From: Schmidtea polychroa
Lineage: Eukaryota
Assembly: GCA_044892525.1 (NCBI GenBank)
Contig: CM097885.1
Coordinates: forward strand, 51,524,001 to 51,588,000
Reading direction: 5' to 3'
DNA: 64,000 nt
The notes beneath the pieces were generated by a model. It ran no database searches. It saw nothing but the letters and a program-made list of their open reading frames with translations, and was not told where the DNA came from. Below are positions 38,071 through 49,672 of this stretch, piece by piece (position 1 is the stretch's first letter; each line of letters opens with the position of its first letter). Position numbers and translations under genes: made by a program.

Positions 38071-39983
38071 TTGACATAGTATTGTTTATCCTTGCCGACC
38101 TTTTTAGTTTTCAATATTTTTTGAATTCTAAATACTTTTGGAGGAGGAATGACTTGTAATTCCTGCTCATAAAATTTCCCTTGTACAATATTATATTCAC
38201 TGTCTTTGATGACATACATTACAGGATTCTGTTTAGTATTTATTTTTGAAATTACAAAGACTTCATCACTCCAATTTGTATCAAAATTTTTAATAAATGG
38301 TGATGCACTAATTTTACTAATTCTAACATGGTCACCGACTTTATATTTAGGTTTTGCAATTTTTACAGATTTCTTAGAATAGATTGTTTTTGATGTAATA
38401 TCACATTGGTCTAGGTAATGTTGACCACCACATTGTACACACTCTGATCTATAGCCGTTAGAGTTATTCGCCTGTATGACCATTCCACTTTTAACACTGC
38501 CATCTGGTTGCCTCGTAACATGCGTTCGACCTCCTGGATTGACGCTTTCTCTTCCTCTAGACACACCTTCTACTCTTGAGCCATCATAAGCCCTGGTGCA
38601 TGGTTGAGTCCCATACACGACCTCGTTAGTGGACCTTAGGATCTCCGCTTCTTGTTGTATCCATCTTCTCAAATCCTCTATCGTCTCCCGCAATTCCTTT
38701 TCTATTTTCTCTTTCTTCCATTTATACACAAGATTCGTTGTTAACTTGCCCAAACACCTTTGAAAAAGACATCCAGTATTTAACTCGGATTCTTTCCCAG
38801 TGGATTTAAATCGAACAGTGACTGTTTCTAATAATCCAACAAATAAGTCTAGATCCTTCAAATCTCCTTCTCGAATTGGCCTGAACTGTTCCATCTCCTC
38901 TAACATTGATAAATATATTCTTTCATCCCCGCCATATCGCCTATCCAACTCTTTTGCCATTTGATAGGCCTCTGCCGAATATCCTAGATTTTCAATTAAC
39001 TTTAATGGCTCTCCGTGAAGGTACTTGTGCAGGTGAAACATCTTTTCAACCTCATCACCTTCCGCTTCGTCAACACACGCAGTAAAAGCTGCTTTCCATG
39101 CTTCGTACTCTTTCATCTTGCCTTCAAAGACAGGTATTGTAATTTTTTGTAGACTTTCCATTTTTCTTTTATGCACTGAATTATTTTTCTTGATTGTATC
39201 ATCATTCACCTTTTCCTTCTTTTCCATAAAAGATTGATTTGCTTTTCTTTCCATCAGTGCCCCAATTATTTGATGTTTTTCCTCGATCTCTTGCAGGTCT
39301 TTATCTAAGATTGCAATGATGTCCAATCTTTGCAATTTTTCACTGATCGTTTTTAGATCTCTTAATTCTTCATGTAGACTCTCCTTTTGATCTTCATATT
39401 CCTCCAACCATTTGCTAACATCCTTACCCTTTATATCACTGAGAATCTTGTTTCTCAATCTCGTTAATTTTCCTTTTTTCATTCTCTTTTTCCACAATTC
39501 TTCTTCTAAAATCTCTTCGTCATTGCCCCCGCACAGCCTGAGTGATAAATGAAGTGTCGAACCTACTCGTGTGCTATAATCGTTCAATATTCTTTCATTT
39601 TCTAATTGCTTCCCTGCGTAGACTAACATTTGATAATTTACCGGAATTCCTTCTTTGTCCTGAATTTTTCCATTTACCTTTTCAATCGTGTCATTCCATT
39701 CAATGTCAAGAGTAATTGTCTTACCAGTAAGAGTTTTGACAAATATTTGATTTATACTTCCCCATCGCAACTCAAAACCCATTACCCCGCTCGCCCTCAC
39801 CCTTGACTTAGCTCTGTTCTTTACCCTGTTCCCTTGGCTTCCCCCTTTAAAAGAGTGCTGGGGCCCATAGCAGCACTTTCCCACTCTCGATAGGGAAGGG
39901 AGAATGGTTAATTTTACAGAAATATTAGTAAACACATAATACACATAATATACATAAACACAAAAAAGACATTTTATAATCAT
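38016..39983 (-). CDS. Chimeric ORF: ubiquitin-like domain + coiled coil + BEL/Pao Gag (DUF1759-like) + Polinton integrase C-terminal SH3-like domain and chromodomain
   Basis: Ub 39749-39525 ([14 protein letters not shown]...[10 protein letters not shown]); Gag [36 protein letters not shown] and [13 protein letters not shown]; then [50 protein letters not shown]. The start codon is uncertain. Confidence 0.85.
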   Translation of the reverse strand: MIIKCLFCVYVYYVYYVFTNISVKLTILPSLSRVGKCCYGPQHSFKGGSQGNRVKNRAKSRVRASGVMGFELRWGSINQIFVKTLTGKTITLDIEWNDTIEKVNGKIQDKEGIPVNYQMLVYAGKQLENERILNDYSTRVGSTLHLSLRLCGGNDEEILEEELWKKRMKKGKLTRLRNKILSDIKGKDVSKWLEEYEDQKESLHEELRDLKTISEKLQRLDIIAILDKDLQEIEEKHQIIGALMERKANQSFMEKKEKVNDDTIKKNNSVHKRKMESLQKITIPVFEGKMKEYEAWKAAFTACVDEAEGDEVEKMFHLHKYLHGEPLKLIENLGYSAEAYQMAKELDRRYGGDERIYLSMLEEMEQFRPIREGDLKDLDLFVGLLETVTVRFKSTGKESELNTGCLFQRCLGKLTTNLVYKWKKEKIEKELRETIEDLRRWIQQEAEILRSTNEVVYGTQPCTRAYDGSRVEGVSRGRESVNPGGRTHVTRQPDGSVKSGMVIQANNSNGYRSECVQCGGQHYLDQCDITSKTIYSKKSVKIAKPKYKVGDHVRISKISASPFIKNFDTNWSDEVFVISKINTKQNPVMYVIKDSEYNIVQGKFYEQELQVIPPPKVFRIQKILKTKKVGKDKQYYVKWHGYQNPSWISEKDLVK

Positions 39984-40581
39984 TAATTACCTTGTTCCGG
40001 CTGGCTAGCCGAAACCACGCTCTGCTACCATGTTTAAATTCAAGAAAGAGAATAACAATTTTATTGTCATTCACAGAGCCACGGGGATCAGTTTTGAATA
40101 ATATCAGTTTGTCCATTTCAATATCATAAGATAATGCCATCATTGAACAACCTAATGGTCGCATCTCAGTTGATTGGGTATAAAGCTGATTAATATCCGC
40201 AATAGAACGACATATTATGTCACAAGGCATTTCATATCCATTTTTATATCTAAATCGAGCTGGTTCCATTTGTGCACGACATACTTGAGATCGATAATCA
40301 GGGATCATACCAGTCATAACACCTCCAGGACTTTCAGTAATATTAAACAACCTTGTAGCTGAACTCTTCTCAATCATTTTATCTGGAACCTTTCTTTGTG
40401 TAGCTACTACATCACAATTATTGCCTCGAATACCAACGGAAATCCATCCACCAAATAAATTTAATATTAGTTGGCCAAAAACACCATTAACGTTATCAGG
40501 ATCTCTTGGGGTCATAAAAAAGGAACCATCAGTTTCGTTGGTAGTATTTCCCATTTCCATTTCTTCATTAAAAGCAGCCAT
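39925..40581 (-). CDS. PSMA6: ORF containing a captured intronless proteasome subunit alpha type-6 fragment with unrelated N- and C-termini
   Basis: About 40452-40078 reads [83 protein letters not shown], matching the alpha-6/alpha1 core. Confidence 0.85.
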   Translation of the reverse strand: MAAFNEEMEMGNTTNETDGSFFMTPRDPDNVNGVFGQLILNLFGGWISVGIRGNNCDVVATQRKVPDKMIEKSSATRLFNITESPGGVMTGMIPDYRSQVCRAQMEPARFRYKNGYEMPCDIICRSIADINQLYTQSTEMRPLGCSMMALSYDIEMDKLILFKTDPRGSVNDNKIVILFLEFKHGSRAWFRLASRNKVINDYKMSFLCLCILCVLCVY

Positions 40582-41583
40582 CTTTTATCCGAAAAATCAT
40601 TAGAAAACCAAATTATTCGACTCCATTAACTCGAAACATAACTCATCATAAATTCAAAAATCGATAAAAACCTAAAATTATTACAACATCACAAAAAACT
40701 AATCAAAATTGTCCTACCTCTTGCTCGTGTCTGTGTGCGCACACAATTCCAATCAACAAAGCAAAAAGCGCACACAGACGCGAGATAAACCAATAATTTA
40801 ACACAAAAAATGACATTGCTCGCGTCTGTGTGCGCACACAAACCCATCCCACAATACAACGCGCACACAGACGCGCATTGACCTCATAATTTACCAAGTA
40901 ATGATGTGTTGTTTTATTAAATTTATATTTGATATTTGACCATTTAATCGCACAATAGGTATCTTAATATTTTTGAAATATTTTCGAGATACCAAAAAGA
41001 AAGAGTATATATTTTGTTTAAAGTTTGCAACAGTTTGATGTTTTAAAAAATAATTGAAAATTGGGAAGCAGTGAAAAAGAATGGGGACAAGCTAACAAAA
41101 CAATAGTAAAATTAAATCCCTTATTTACTGATTACATTTGTGCAGTGCACTGTTAAAGTAGCCATCACTATTTACTTATTTGTCATAAACATCCGTCAAA
41201 ATTTATAATCTACAAAGTGAATGCTGTAATTGTGCCAATATTAACAAATACATATTTATTACATTATTATAAACATCATGTGAAATATATGCGTAAATTA
41301 GTGAATTTTAACTGTGGAAAACTGCAAGTTTTTTTTTAATTCTGGGAAATGTATTCTATAATTGATTATTAAAACAAAAATTTATTCATGTATATAGTGT
41401 ACGTATTATAATTTAATCAAAATTAATTTGAATAGGAAAATGAAATTTTGTTTATATTTGCACGCACAAAAAAAAATAAAATTTGACTTTGACCTTAAAA
41501 TTTGACCTTGACCTTAAAAAATTTGACCTTAACCTTGGGGGGAGGGGGTAGGGGGTGTCCTGGATGTGACACATCCTACTACT

Positions 41584-42122
41584 AATCCCATATTTCTAAA
41601 TCATTTTTTAGTTGAGTTTGCATGTCTGTTGAAATTGCATGTATTCTTCTTACAACCGCATTGTCTGACAACTGTAAATCTTGTATTGCTGATTTGTATA
41701 ATTTCAGGCTTGTTGGAAATTCCCTAAAATAAGCACTCACCACCAGCAAGAAATGCTTCTTTTATCAGCTCACCGTCTTGGTATGGTTTTATCTTCTTTG
41801 CGAGCATTTGAAAAATTTTAAAAGAAGCAATGGTGGCATTTTTAGATTTTACCAAATGTCGAGTGAAAATCGATTGCTGGCCAAGTAAATTTAATTTAAG
41901 GTTTCTAATTTTGTTCTTTCTAATTTCTGATTTAACTGGATAATTAGTATCAAAAGTGCTATGGTTAGAATAGAAGTGACGTTCAATATTACGATTTTTT
42001 GCCACTGCAACTGTACTACGGCACAATAAACAAACACATTTATCTTTAATACTGACAAAACAATAGGATTCATCCCAATCTGTGTTAAAATTATACGTTC
42101 GCTGTCTTTTATTTGCATTCAT
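41584..42122 (-). pseudogene. hAT (GTF2IRD2/Buster-like) transposase, N-terminal part
   Basis: MNANKRQRTYNFNTDWDESYCF..KCVCLLC..ERHF..H (zinc finger) and KPYQDGELIKEAF. It joins 23931 once the Polinton is removed. Confidence 0.88.
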
Positions 42123-42698
42123 TTTAGAATTAAAATTTTTTTTCACTTTTGACTTTATATATCCTTTCAACTGAATGATCAGAGAAATAATAAATTACAA
42201 GTTGATACCTAAATATAATCTAATTTAAAAACAATAAACAATTAGTGGTCTTGCAAGTGTACAGCAAAGTAACATTTTTAAAATCAGAAAAAGACGAGTA
42301 CCATTATGAAAACAAAAGATTAATAATAAAAAAAATATATAAAAACACAAATTATAAATAAACCACATTTTTGGATGAAGGAGTTGACCATAAAATTAAT
42401 TTAATGGTTTTTAAGGATAGAGAATTTTTTAACCATATTTTTATAAACAACGAGGAAAGAAAAATTATAAAAATATGTTTATTATTATCTTAAAATTTCT
42501 AAATCTATCGATTTTAATTTTTTTTTAAATTAAAAATTCGCTCAAATTTCAATTATTTTGTTTTATTTACTTTTTTTTGGTAGCACACATAAAACTGCTG
42601 CCGGACGCCATGGCGCCCGTGGGCACAGGGTTGGCGACCACTGATCTATACTATGTAAGAAATTCGATTACACGCAGTATTCGGATACAATCATTATA

Positions 42699-43734
42699 CA
42701 CTTAATTCCGAAATTAAGTCACCTCTATAATACACGTTAGTGTGCACACCAGTTGAGATGACTCACCATTTAAGTGAAAATGAAGTTTATAACTTCATTT
42801 ATTCAATTTTTAAAAATGGTTTTCTGGTAAATTTTTTAATTTTTAAGTAACTTTTAATACTTGAATTTTGATTTTATATATTTAGGAGATCATTATTCAA
42901 GCTCTAAAATATTACTTTTAGTCAGCAATTATAATATAAAATATTGATAATTAAATTTCAGGTGTGTTTTAGGAATTTTATGAAATAAATTGGAATTATT
43001 TCGATATAATATAAGTCGAATATATTTTTAACTATAAATAAATAAAGTAATCACCGAAGACATTTATTATTTTTATACAATTAGGAAAGAAGTGGCATAC
43101 ATGTATGGAATAGTTTCTTAAGTTTTTATAATCTTCTTTCTGCGACATATTTTTGATAGCCTCTTTGACGATAGCGTTTGACAAGAAATATTTGTTATAC
43201 TGTAAAATATTTTAATGATTTTTTATTTTAATGAATAAATCTTACATTGTTATATTTTCACCTTCGCGAAAAAGCAGTGTATCCTGAGAAATATCTGTAA
43301 ATCTAAAGAAAGTTTATTCTAAATTATTTTATAATTAAATTTTACGATGTATTTCGATGTATTTACGATGTATTTTTCCGATTCTAAATTAAAAGTATTT
43401 TCCCCCATGATTTTTTAATATATTAAAAATAATGATATGTTAACAATATGGTAATGGTTATTAATTTCTGAACAAAAAACGGTATAATAAATTTGCATGC
43501 ATTTTACATTATGTGTTTTGTGTTGGTATGTTCTATTATTTTTCTGTCACCTTCTCAATTCCTATAATACACCCATTTGTTCACTGCAAACGGGTGTAAA
43601 GTTATTAAATTTCGGAACATTAAATTTCTACACGCAGGTAAGTTTGTATGTTTCTATACTTAAATTTTTTTTTAAAAATCTTTCCTATACTATTTTTTTA
43701 GATTATAGAAGTTACTAAATTTCGGAATTAGGTG
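42699..43734. mobile_element. Non-autonomous Tc1/mariner-type element (about 1.04 kb)
   Basis: TA|cacttaattccgaaattaagtcacctcta ... tagaagttactaaatttcggaattaggtg|TA: about 29-bp imperfect TIRs with TA TSD. Confidence 0.6.
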
Positions 43735-45505
43735 TAATTAGGTAAGATAACCTAGCCATTACACTATAAATTTAAATTATTTAAAACACTTACTGAGCAT
43801 CTCATTTCTAGAACATTTATTCATTAAACCAGATTTCTCAAAATCTTGTAAATCAAGATGATAATTCACATAAACATTAGTGCTTTCCATTGAATCACTA
43901 AAGAATTGAACACAATCTTTCGCCGAAACAAATATTTCTTTTGATCTTGCTTTAATTCAAATCTGGTATCTTGTAAATCTTTCTTGTCAATTCTCAACAC
44001 CCAAAATTCGAAGGGTAAAATTTTGATTTGGAAAATAAATGACCCACCTTAATAAACCCATATATAAATAGATTTTTTTGAATTATACACTGATTCAATG
44101 ATCAAATTAAAACAATGAAAAAAGTTAATGATAGACTAAATACATATTTACAATGTTACGTATCTAAAAATATCATCTTTAACTCTCCTTCGGATATAAC
44201 CTCTACATATTATTGTCTCAAACATTTAAAGAATCAAGTTTTTGTTTACAATTAAAATTTTTCCTAAAAAGCTGTGGTTAATGTTATCCTACAAACGCAA
44301 ATTGGTTTCTCAAGTAGGTTCTCAATTTTTCTCATGTTTAAGCAGGTAAAATTGTAATTTTTCTTGTCTAATCTGAAAATATATATAAAACGAATCACAG
44401 TGCAAAACTCAAATGTGCCATTCATTTTTCAAAAAAATACTGAATTACTATAAACAAACGTTTATACATTTAAACAAACCATAGATTTTATACTTACACA
44501 TACAGCTTAAATAAAATTAGTTTGATTTTACTAAATTTATTAATTCTGCACAAACCTAATGTTTAAATTTTCTCTTGGATTTAAAATTTCAATTTACACT
44601 TGCTAGAATTAATCAAAAATTTGATAAAAATTAAAAAAATATAGTGAATATCAATTATCATTTTAAATTTACATCAAACCGGGGACTAGAAAGCAATTTG
44701 AATTATTAATTTCAACTGACTGAAAAAATCTCAGCTTAATTTTTATTTTAAAATTTCACTAAAATGAAAATTGACATATCCTGTTACATGGGAAATTTTT
44801 AAAAATTTATTATTTTTAAAAAATTTTAACAATTCAAATGAAACCATGAACGGTGAATTTAACAAAATTTACGAGTTCTTTTTGAACCTAGAATTTTTAT
44901 ATGATTTTGCAATTCCATTTATTTTTACTATCATTATAATTTTAATTGCCCTACCTATGTAGACGAAGTCATCAACTACTACATTTAGACCAGCTAATTA
45001 AAATTTACTGAATTTCATATATAAAATTCATATTTCAATCAAAATTCATAAACTAGAAGGTATATTATTAAAATTTTTTATTTTACTCAAATTTTTAATG
45101 AAATGAAAGAGACTAACTATACTCCTTTCTGACATGGCTCAATGCAAAATATACTTTTTCACTCCTCGACACTGAATTTTAACATTAAAAGAAAAATAAT
45201 TTTTTATGTGATTTTTACTAAGTTTCAGAAAGCCTCGAGTCCATTCAGAAAGAATCTGCCACTCAAGACTATCCACAGTTCTTCATTTATTTATTTTATT
45301 TTCCTAGTTTAAACTATAAATGAGTTTTTTAGCATTAAAATTTATAAAATAGTGAATATATAATTTAGTGTTTTAATTCATTAACCTTCACAACATTTAT
45401 GACAATCAAGATGGCAAATCTTTGAATACTTTTAATCAGAAAAAATATTATTAATACATTTCTGTTAATAAAATTTAATTAATAACACAAAATAAACATT
45501 GTTAA

Positions 45506-46055
45506 CCCCTTCACCGTCAACGTCTTTTTCTGAAATCGACCCTTAATTGGCGACTTTATTTGCGGTTATAAAAAAATTAATCTTTTAATTATTTTTCAAA
45601 CATCTTTATCAACAATAACGACCAACTAATAACGAATAACAGTTAACTAATTAATAACAAATAAAGCAGTTTTTAGTATTGTTGTAAAGTAATGAGTAGT
45701 GGATAACAAGGTACTGAATAAGATGAACAATAGTTTTGAAAGTTTTTGTGTCTTTTGCTCCAAACTTTTGTAAAAATATTTTTGTATTGTCTTCAATTTT
45801 ATTTATCTGACACACTAAACGAGCATAATAGATGGGGTAATACAGCTACATTGAGGTTTGAAACGTTTTCTGAGATTTCATGGGAAATGTTTTTTGTATA
45901 ATTTTTTATTTTGTTTAGCCCTGCCATACATTCTTGCCCTCAGCAGGGCTAGAGTTGTAGTAGAGTGCATGGTTATTATGGTTTGATGTTTCTAAATGAC
46001 CTAGAATGACGTATTCACGTTTAGCCGAGTATACTCGGGTCTACCGGTAAAGGGG
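45506..46055. mobile_element. piggyBac-type MITE (550 bp)
   Basis: TTAA|ccccttcaccg ... cggtaaagggg|TTAA, with a subterminal palindrome ccgagtatactcgg. Confidence 0.7.
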
Positions 46056-46259
46056 TTAAATGGGAATCAGAATTAATTGTTTAACTTTGATAAATTTTAA
46101 AAATAGCAGTGGATTTTCATTTCTTTTGTGGTTATATAAAAGATTTGTAGAAAAATATTTTAAATGAAAGATTAAAGCGAATATAATAATTTCAAATCAT
46201 TTGAAAACCTCAAGAGTTAATTATTCTAATAATACAAACTATTTTTAATTATTAATTAA

Positions 46260-46903
46260 TGTCGAACCCATATCTTACGCACGCCCATATCTTACGCAAA
46301 AAGAAAAAAATTACTAATACAAATTTAATATATCGTCAGGAACAATATAAAGAAAACTTTAATTCAGCATTAATGCTGAATCAAATAGTGAAATTATTCG
46401 AGAAAGCCTGGTTGACCAAAATTATCGAAACAGATATACCAGAAGAATGATGAGTGATGCAGATGTTCACTATCATTCTATTACTTTTAATCCTGGAGAG
46501 CGTGTCTTGGTTAAGAAATCTTTTGATGCAAACACAGAAACAAGAAAAAGAAAAATGGAAGATTTTTATGAAGAAGAAAGTTGGATAATAGTAGAAAGAG
46601 TTGGAAACGAGTCTTTTAGATTAAAATCGGATTTGAATGAAGAAAATCACATGGTGGTTTGTAAAAATAGGCTGAAAAAGATAATTTAGAAAAACAATAA
46701 TTAAATTTCATTATTTAATTGCTTTTTATATAATATTTTGGTGTTTTTATTGCTTTTTGTTTCTTTGTGTAGAATAAAAAAATTTTTGCGTAAGATATGG
46801 GCGTGCGTAAGATATGGGTTCGACAATGTTGCTTTTTGTTTCTTTGTGTAGAATAAAAAAATTTTGCGTAAGATATGGGCGTGCGTAAGATATGGGTTCG
46901 ACA
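46260..46903 (+). mobile_element. Ginger-like DNA transposon deletion derivative with a duplicated right end
   Basis: TGT...ACA TIRs of about 40 bp (tgtcgaacccatatcttacgcacgcccatatcttacgcaaaa) and a 5-bp TSD ATTAA. ORF 46447-46689 (FNPGERVLVKK..WIIVERVGNESFRL..VCKNRLK) resembles an integrase C-terminal domain. Confidence 0.65.
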
Positions 46904-49121
46904 ATTAATAAATTGTTTATTTCATTAATAATATGATAAAATAAAATAATAAAACCAAATAATTATTAAACGAATAAAATGATCATTGGGAAAATGTATG
47001 AAATAAATCGGTTGTTCTAGAATTCTGAGAAACAAAAGTAAGAAAACGAAATTAAAAATTGGAAGAAAATAGCAGAGTTAATAAAATTAAACAATGAAAC
47101 ACAACAAAGCCATTCTTAATTAATAAGTGCAAATTAGAAACGAGGAAGAAAAACAAATTTAAGAATAGAATTGTTTTATTTTGATAGCTTGTCCGAGATA
47201 ATAAATGTGTTGGGTTATTGGGTTGGTTATAAAATTAAAATTCTTACTCTGACTCCAAGCGTGTCTTTGACTGATCCATAAATAACAATTGACAAAAGAA
47301 ATCTTTATTGGTAATCACAAATAACTTTCACTTTACACTGACAATCAATTCAACACTTTGCTTGGTGCTTATTACAACACTCAGTGAGGAATAGCACTTG
47401 TGTATAACACCTGATTGAAAGATCACTAATTACTGATTGGTTTATCAACTGGGACTTTAAGCTGGTTGTTTTCTTTGACCTTCTTCACAACTTTATTCAA
47501 ATACTCAAGTAACTTCTTTTCGTTTAATTTTCAAACAAATTCTTTTCTTCAAATCTTCTCAAACAATTATTCTTCACAAATCGTTTTTCCAATAACGTTT
47601 CGTCCGAATCTGTCTAACTTATCGCCTAAATTTTTGTCTCTATTTTCGTCTCCTAAATTTGTCTGAATCTGTGTCCACCAGTTTCTTTTTACATAGTTTG
47701 TTTTATTCGTGGCACTATAGACAGCTTTTGTTTTCCATTTTCATTTTCCTCTGTATTCCCCGCTACGCCAGCCTTATCTCTGACAGATGTCGATATATGG
47801 CCTGTTTTTTACTTTTCATGTTGTGCCGACTTTTCCTGTAATTTCACTATCTTTGACAGGCAGTCAAAATACGGCTTTCCCCATATTTTTGTTTTTCTGC
47901 CCTCTGAAATTCCTCCTTCGTTTCAGCTTTTTAATTAACAATGACCTTTGTTTTAATTTCTTGTTAGTTTTCTTTTATATGATATATTTCTCATTTTTCA
48001 TTTCTTTTTACTTCCGTTATCTTCTCTGAGTTCCCATAGATCGTCCCGTTTGTCATGATGATATTCCTCCAAGTAATTTATTTATTTATTATACTATTTA
48101 TCATTTAGGTATCCTCAACAAATGGATGACAGGAAAAATTAAAATATTACATTTCTTAAAGTTATATATATATATCGACAGCTGTCAAAGATAAGAGAAA
48201 AACTAGGGAAGATCCAAGAGTAAAAATAATTATCTGTAAGTGTTATTGAATGGCAGGCTAAAAAATCAAAATAGATTAGATTCAGGGACATTATTTGTAA
48301 AGAAGACATAATTTAAAAAAAGAAAATACGGATGAGAAAACAAAAACAGAGGCGAAGAAAAAGCTAATTACAAAATTATTCGAGAAAGCATTCTCAATTC
48401 GAAAAAGAAAACTAAAACAAATTATTAAAGAAATTAATCGCTAATATCAAGTAACTTCAAGTTAAAGCCCAGAGAGCAACTAAATCTATTCGACCGATTG
48501 TCAAAACCAGAAAATTAGTTAAGTGGTTGTGAATTCCAAGTTGTGTCTTTCAGACGTGTTATAATTCCTGAAGGATTGCAATAAGCACTCAAAGTTATTG
48601 TTATAATATTAAATTATTGATGTTTCTGTAAATTGATAATCAATTGTGTTGATCAATAATAGTTAATGTGACCTGAAATTCATTGTTATTCTTACTAGAT
48701 AAAGCCTGCTTTGTAGTCAGATCAATAATCGCTAAATTTATCCTTCGCCGGCAACTCCAACAAATTGTAAGGTCGAATATTCTTTGAAATTGTTAAAATG
48801 TCAATATATTCATAATCAAATTTTCATGCTTTATTCGTCGATAAAACGGTAATATCATGGAATTAAAAATTATAATTAATAAAAATTTTATCAATTCAAT
48901 AGTATTTAAATTAAGACCTAAATCAAACCCAGCATTATAAAACAAATTCCTACTTTATCACAAAATAATTAACGCAACTAGTCTATCAACTCCATAATTC
49001 TGTTTACTCACCCAAACCAAACTTTTTAAATGATATTAAACACTTATATAAGTTCTGGAGAGTATATATTTGCCTCATCTTTGATTGTTAATCACTTTCA
49101 CTGAAACTACTTGCTATACAC

Positions 49122-49672
49122 CAGAGGAGGCCAACCTGTAACTCGCAAGCCTCATGTGGCTCTTTGAAGGTTTATTTGCGGCTCTTGATAAATGTACTTG
49201 ATTCACTTTTTATTTTTCCATTATATTTAAGAATTATTGTCGCTGAATATGTTTCTCAAAATGTCTTTTAAATTACTCATCACAAATATAAAGAATAAAT
49301 GCAATGTTGTAATAAATTTTATTTTCGTCCAAGCTAAAAAAGATATGACTCATCAAAACAATTTGTATCTAATTTGCTACGAATATAATTTTAATCTGTA
49401 AGAACTGTAATCTTAGTATTTTAAATTTTTTGATATTTAAATTTTTATATTCCAAAATTATTCTGTTATTCATATTCCAATTTGTAATAATCAAAAAATA
49501 CATGGCTGGTAAATCAAAAGAATTTAAAAGAGAAAAACACGGTCTGGCATTACTTTTTGCGTGAAAATTCTGGGGTTAGAGCAAAATGTAAAAAATGTGC
49601 AAGAGAAATAAAGGCCTGTAGAGGGTCTACTAGTGGACTCCTTACACATTTAAGGACTGCTCACCACATATA
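49122..49672 (+). mobile_element. 5' fragment of a hAT element with a BED zinc finger remnant
   Basis: hAT-like end cagaggaggccaacc..catgtggctc. Bases 49542-49670 read VWHYFLRENSGVRAKCKKCAREIKACRGSTSGLLTHLRTAHHI. No matching right TIR was found. Confidence 0.7.

Larger units (their letters stand above)
23932..41583 (-). mobile_element. Degenerate Polinton/Maverick with captured genes
   Basis: AGTAGTAGG...CCTACTACT termini; TIRs 23932-24578 and 40897-41583; TSD aatcac/aatccc (5/6). It contains pPolB, an MCP stub, mCP and an integrase C-terminus. It interrupts the hAT transposase at ...KNDLEI(C)DWFAL. Confidence 0.92.
7225..42643 (-). mobile_element. Buster/SPIN-type hAT transposon (about 2.6 kb net) expanded to 35.4 kb by nested insertions
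   Basis: Perfect 15-bp TIRs cagtggtcgccaacc (7225-7239) / ggttggcgaccactg (42629-42643). Perfect 8-bp TSD ATCTATAC (7217-7224, 42644-42651). The split transposase is on the minus strand. Confidence 0.92.

Noticed and set aside
43740..45480. Possible host exons in the AT-rich interval
   Set aside because: No consistent exon chain or recognisable protein could be built by eye.
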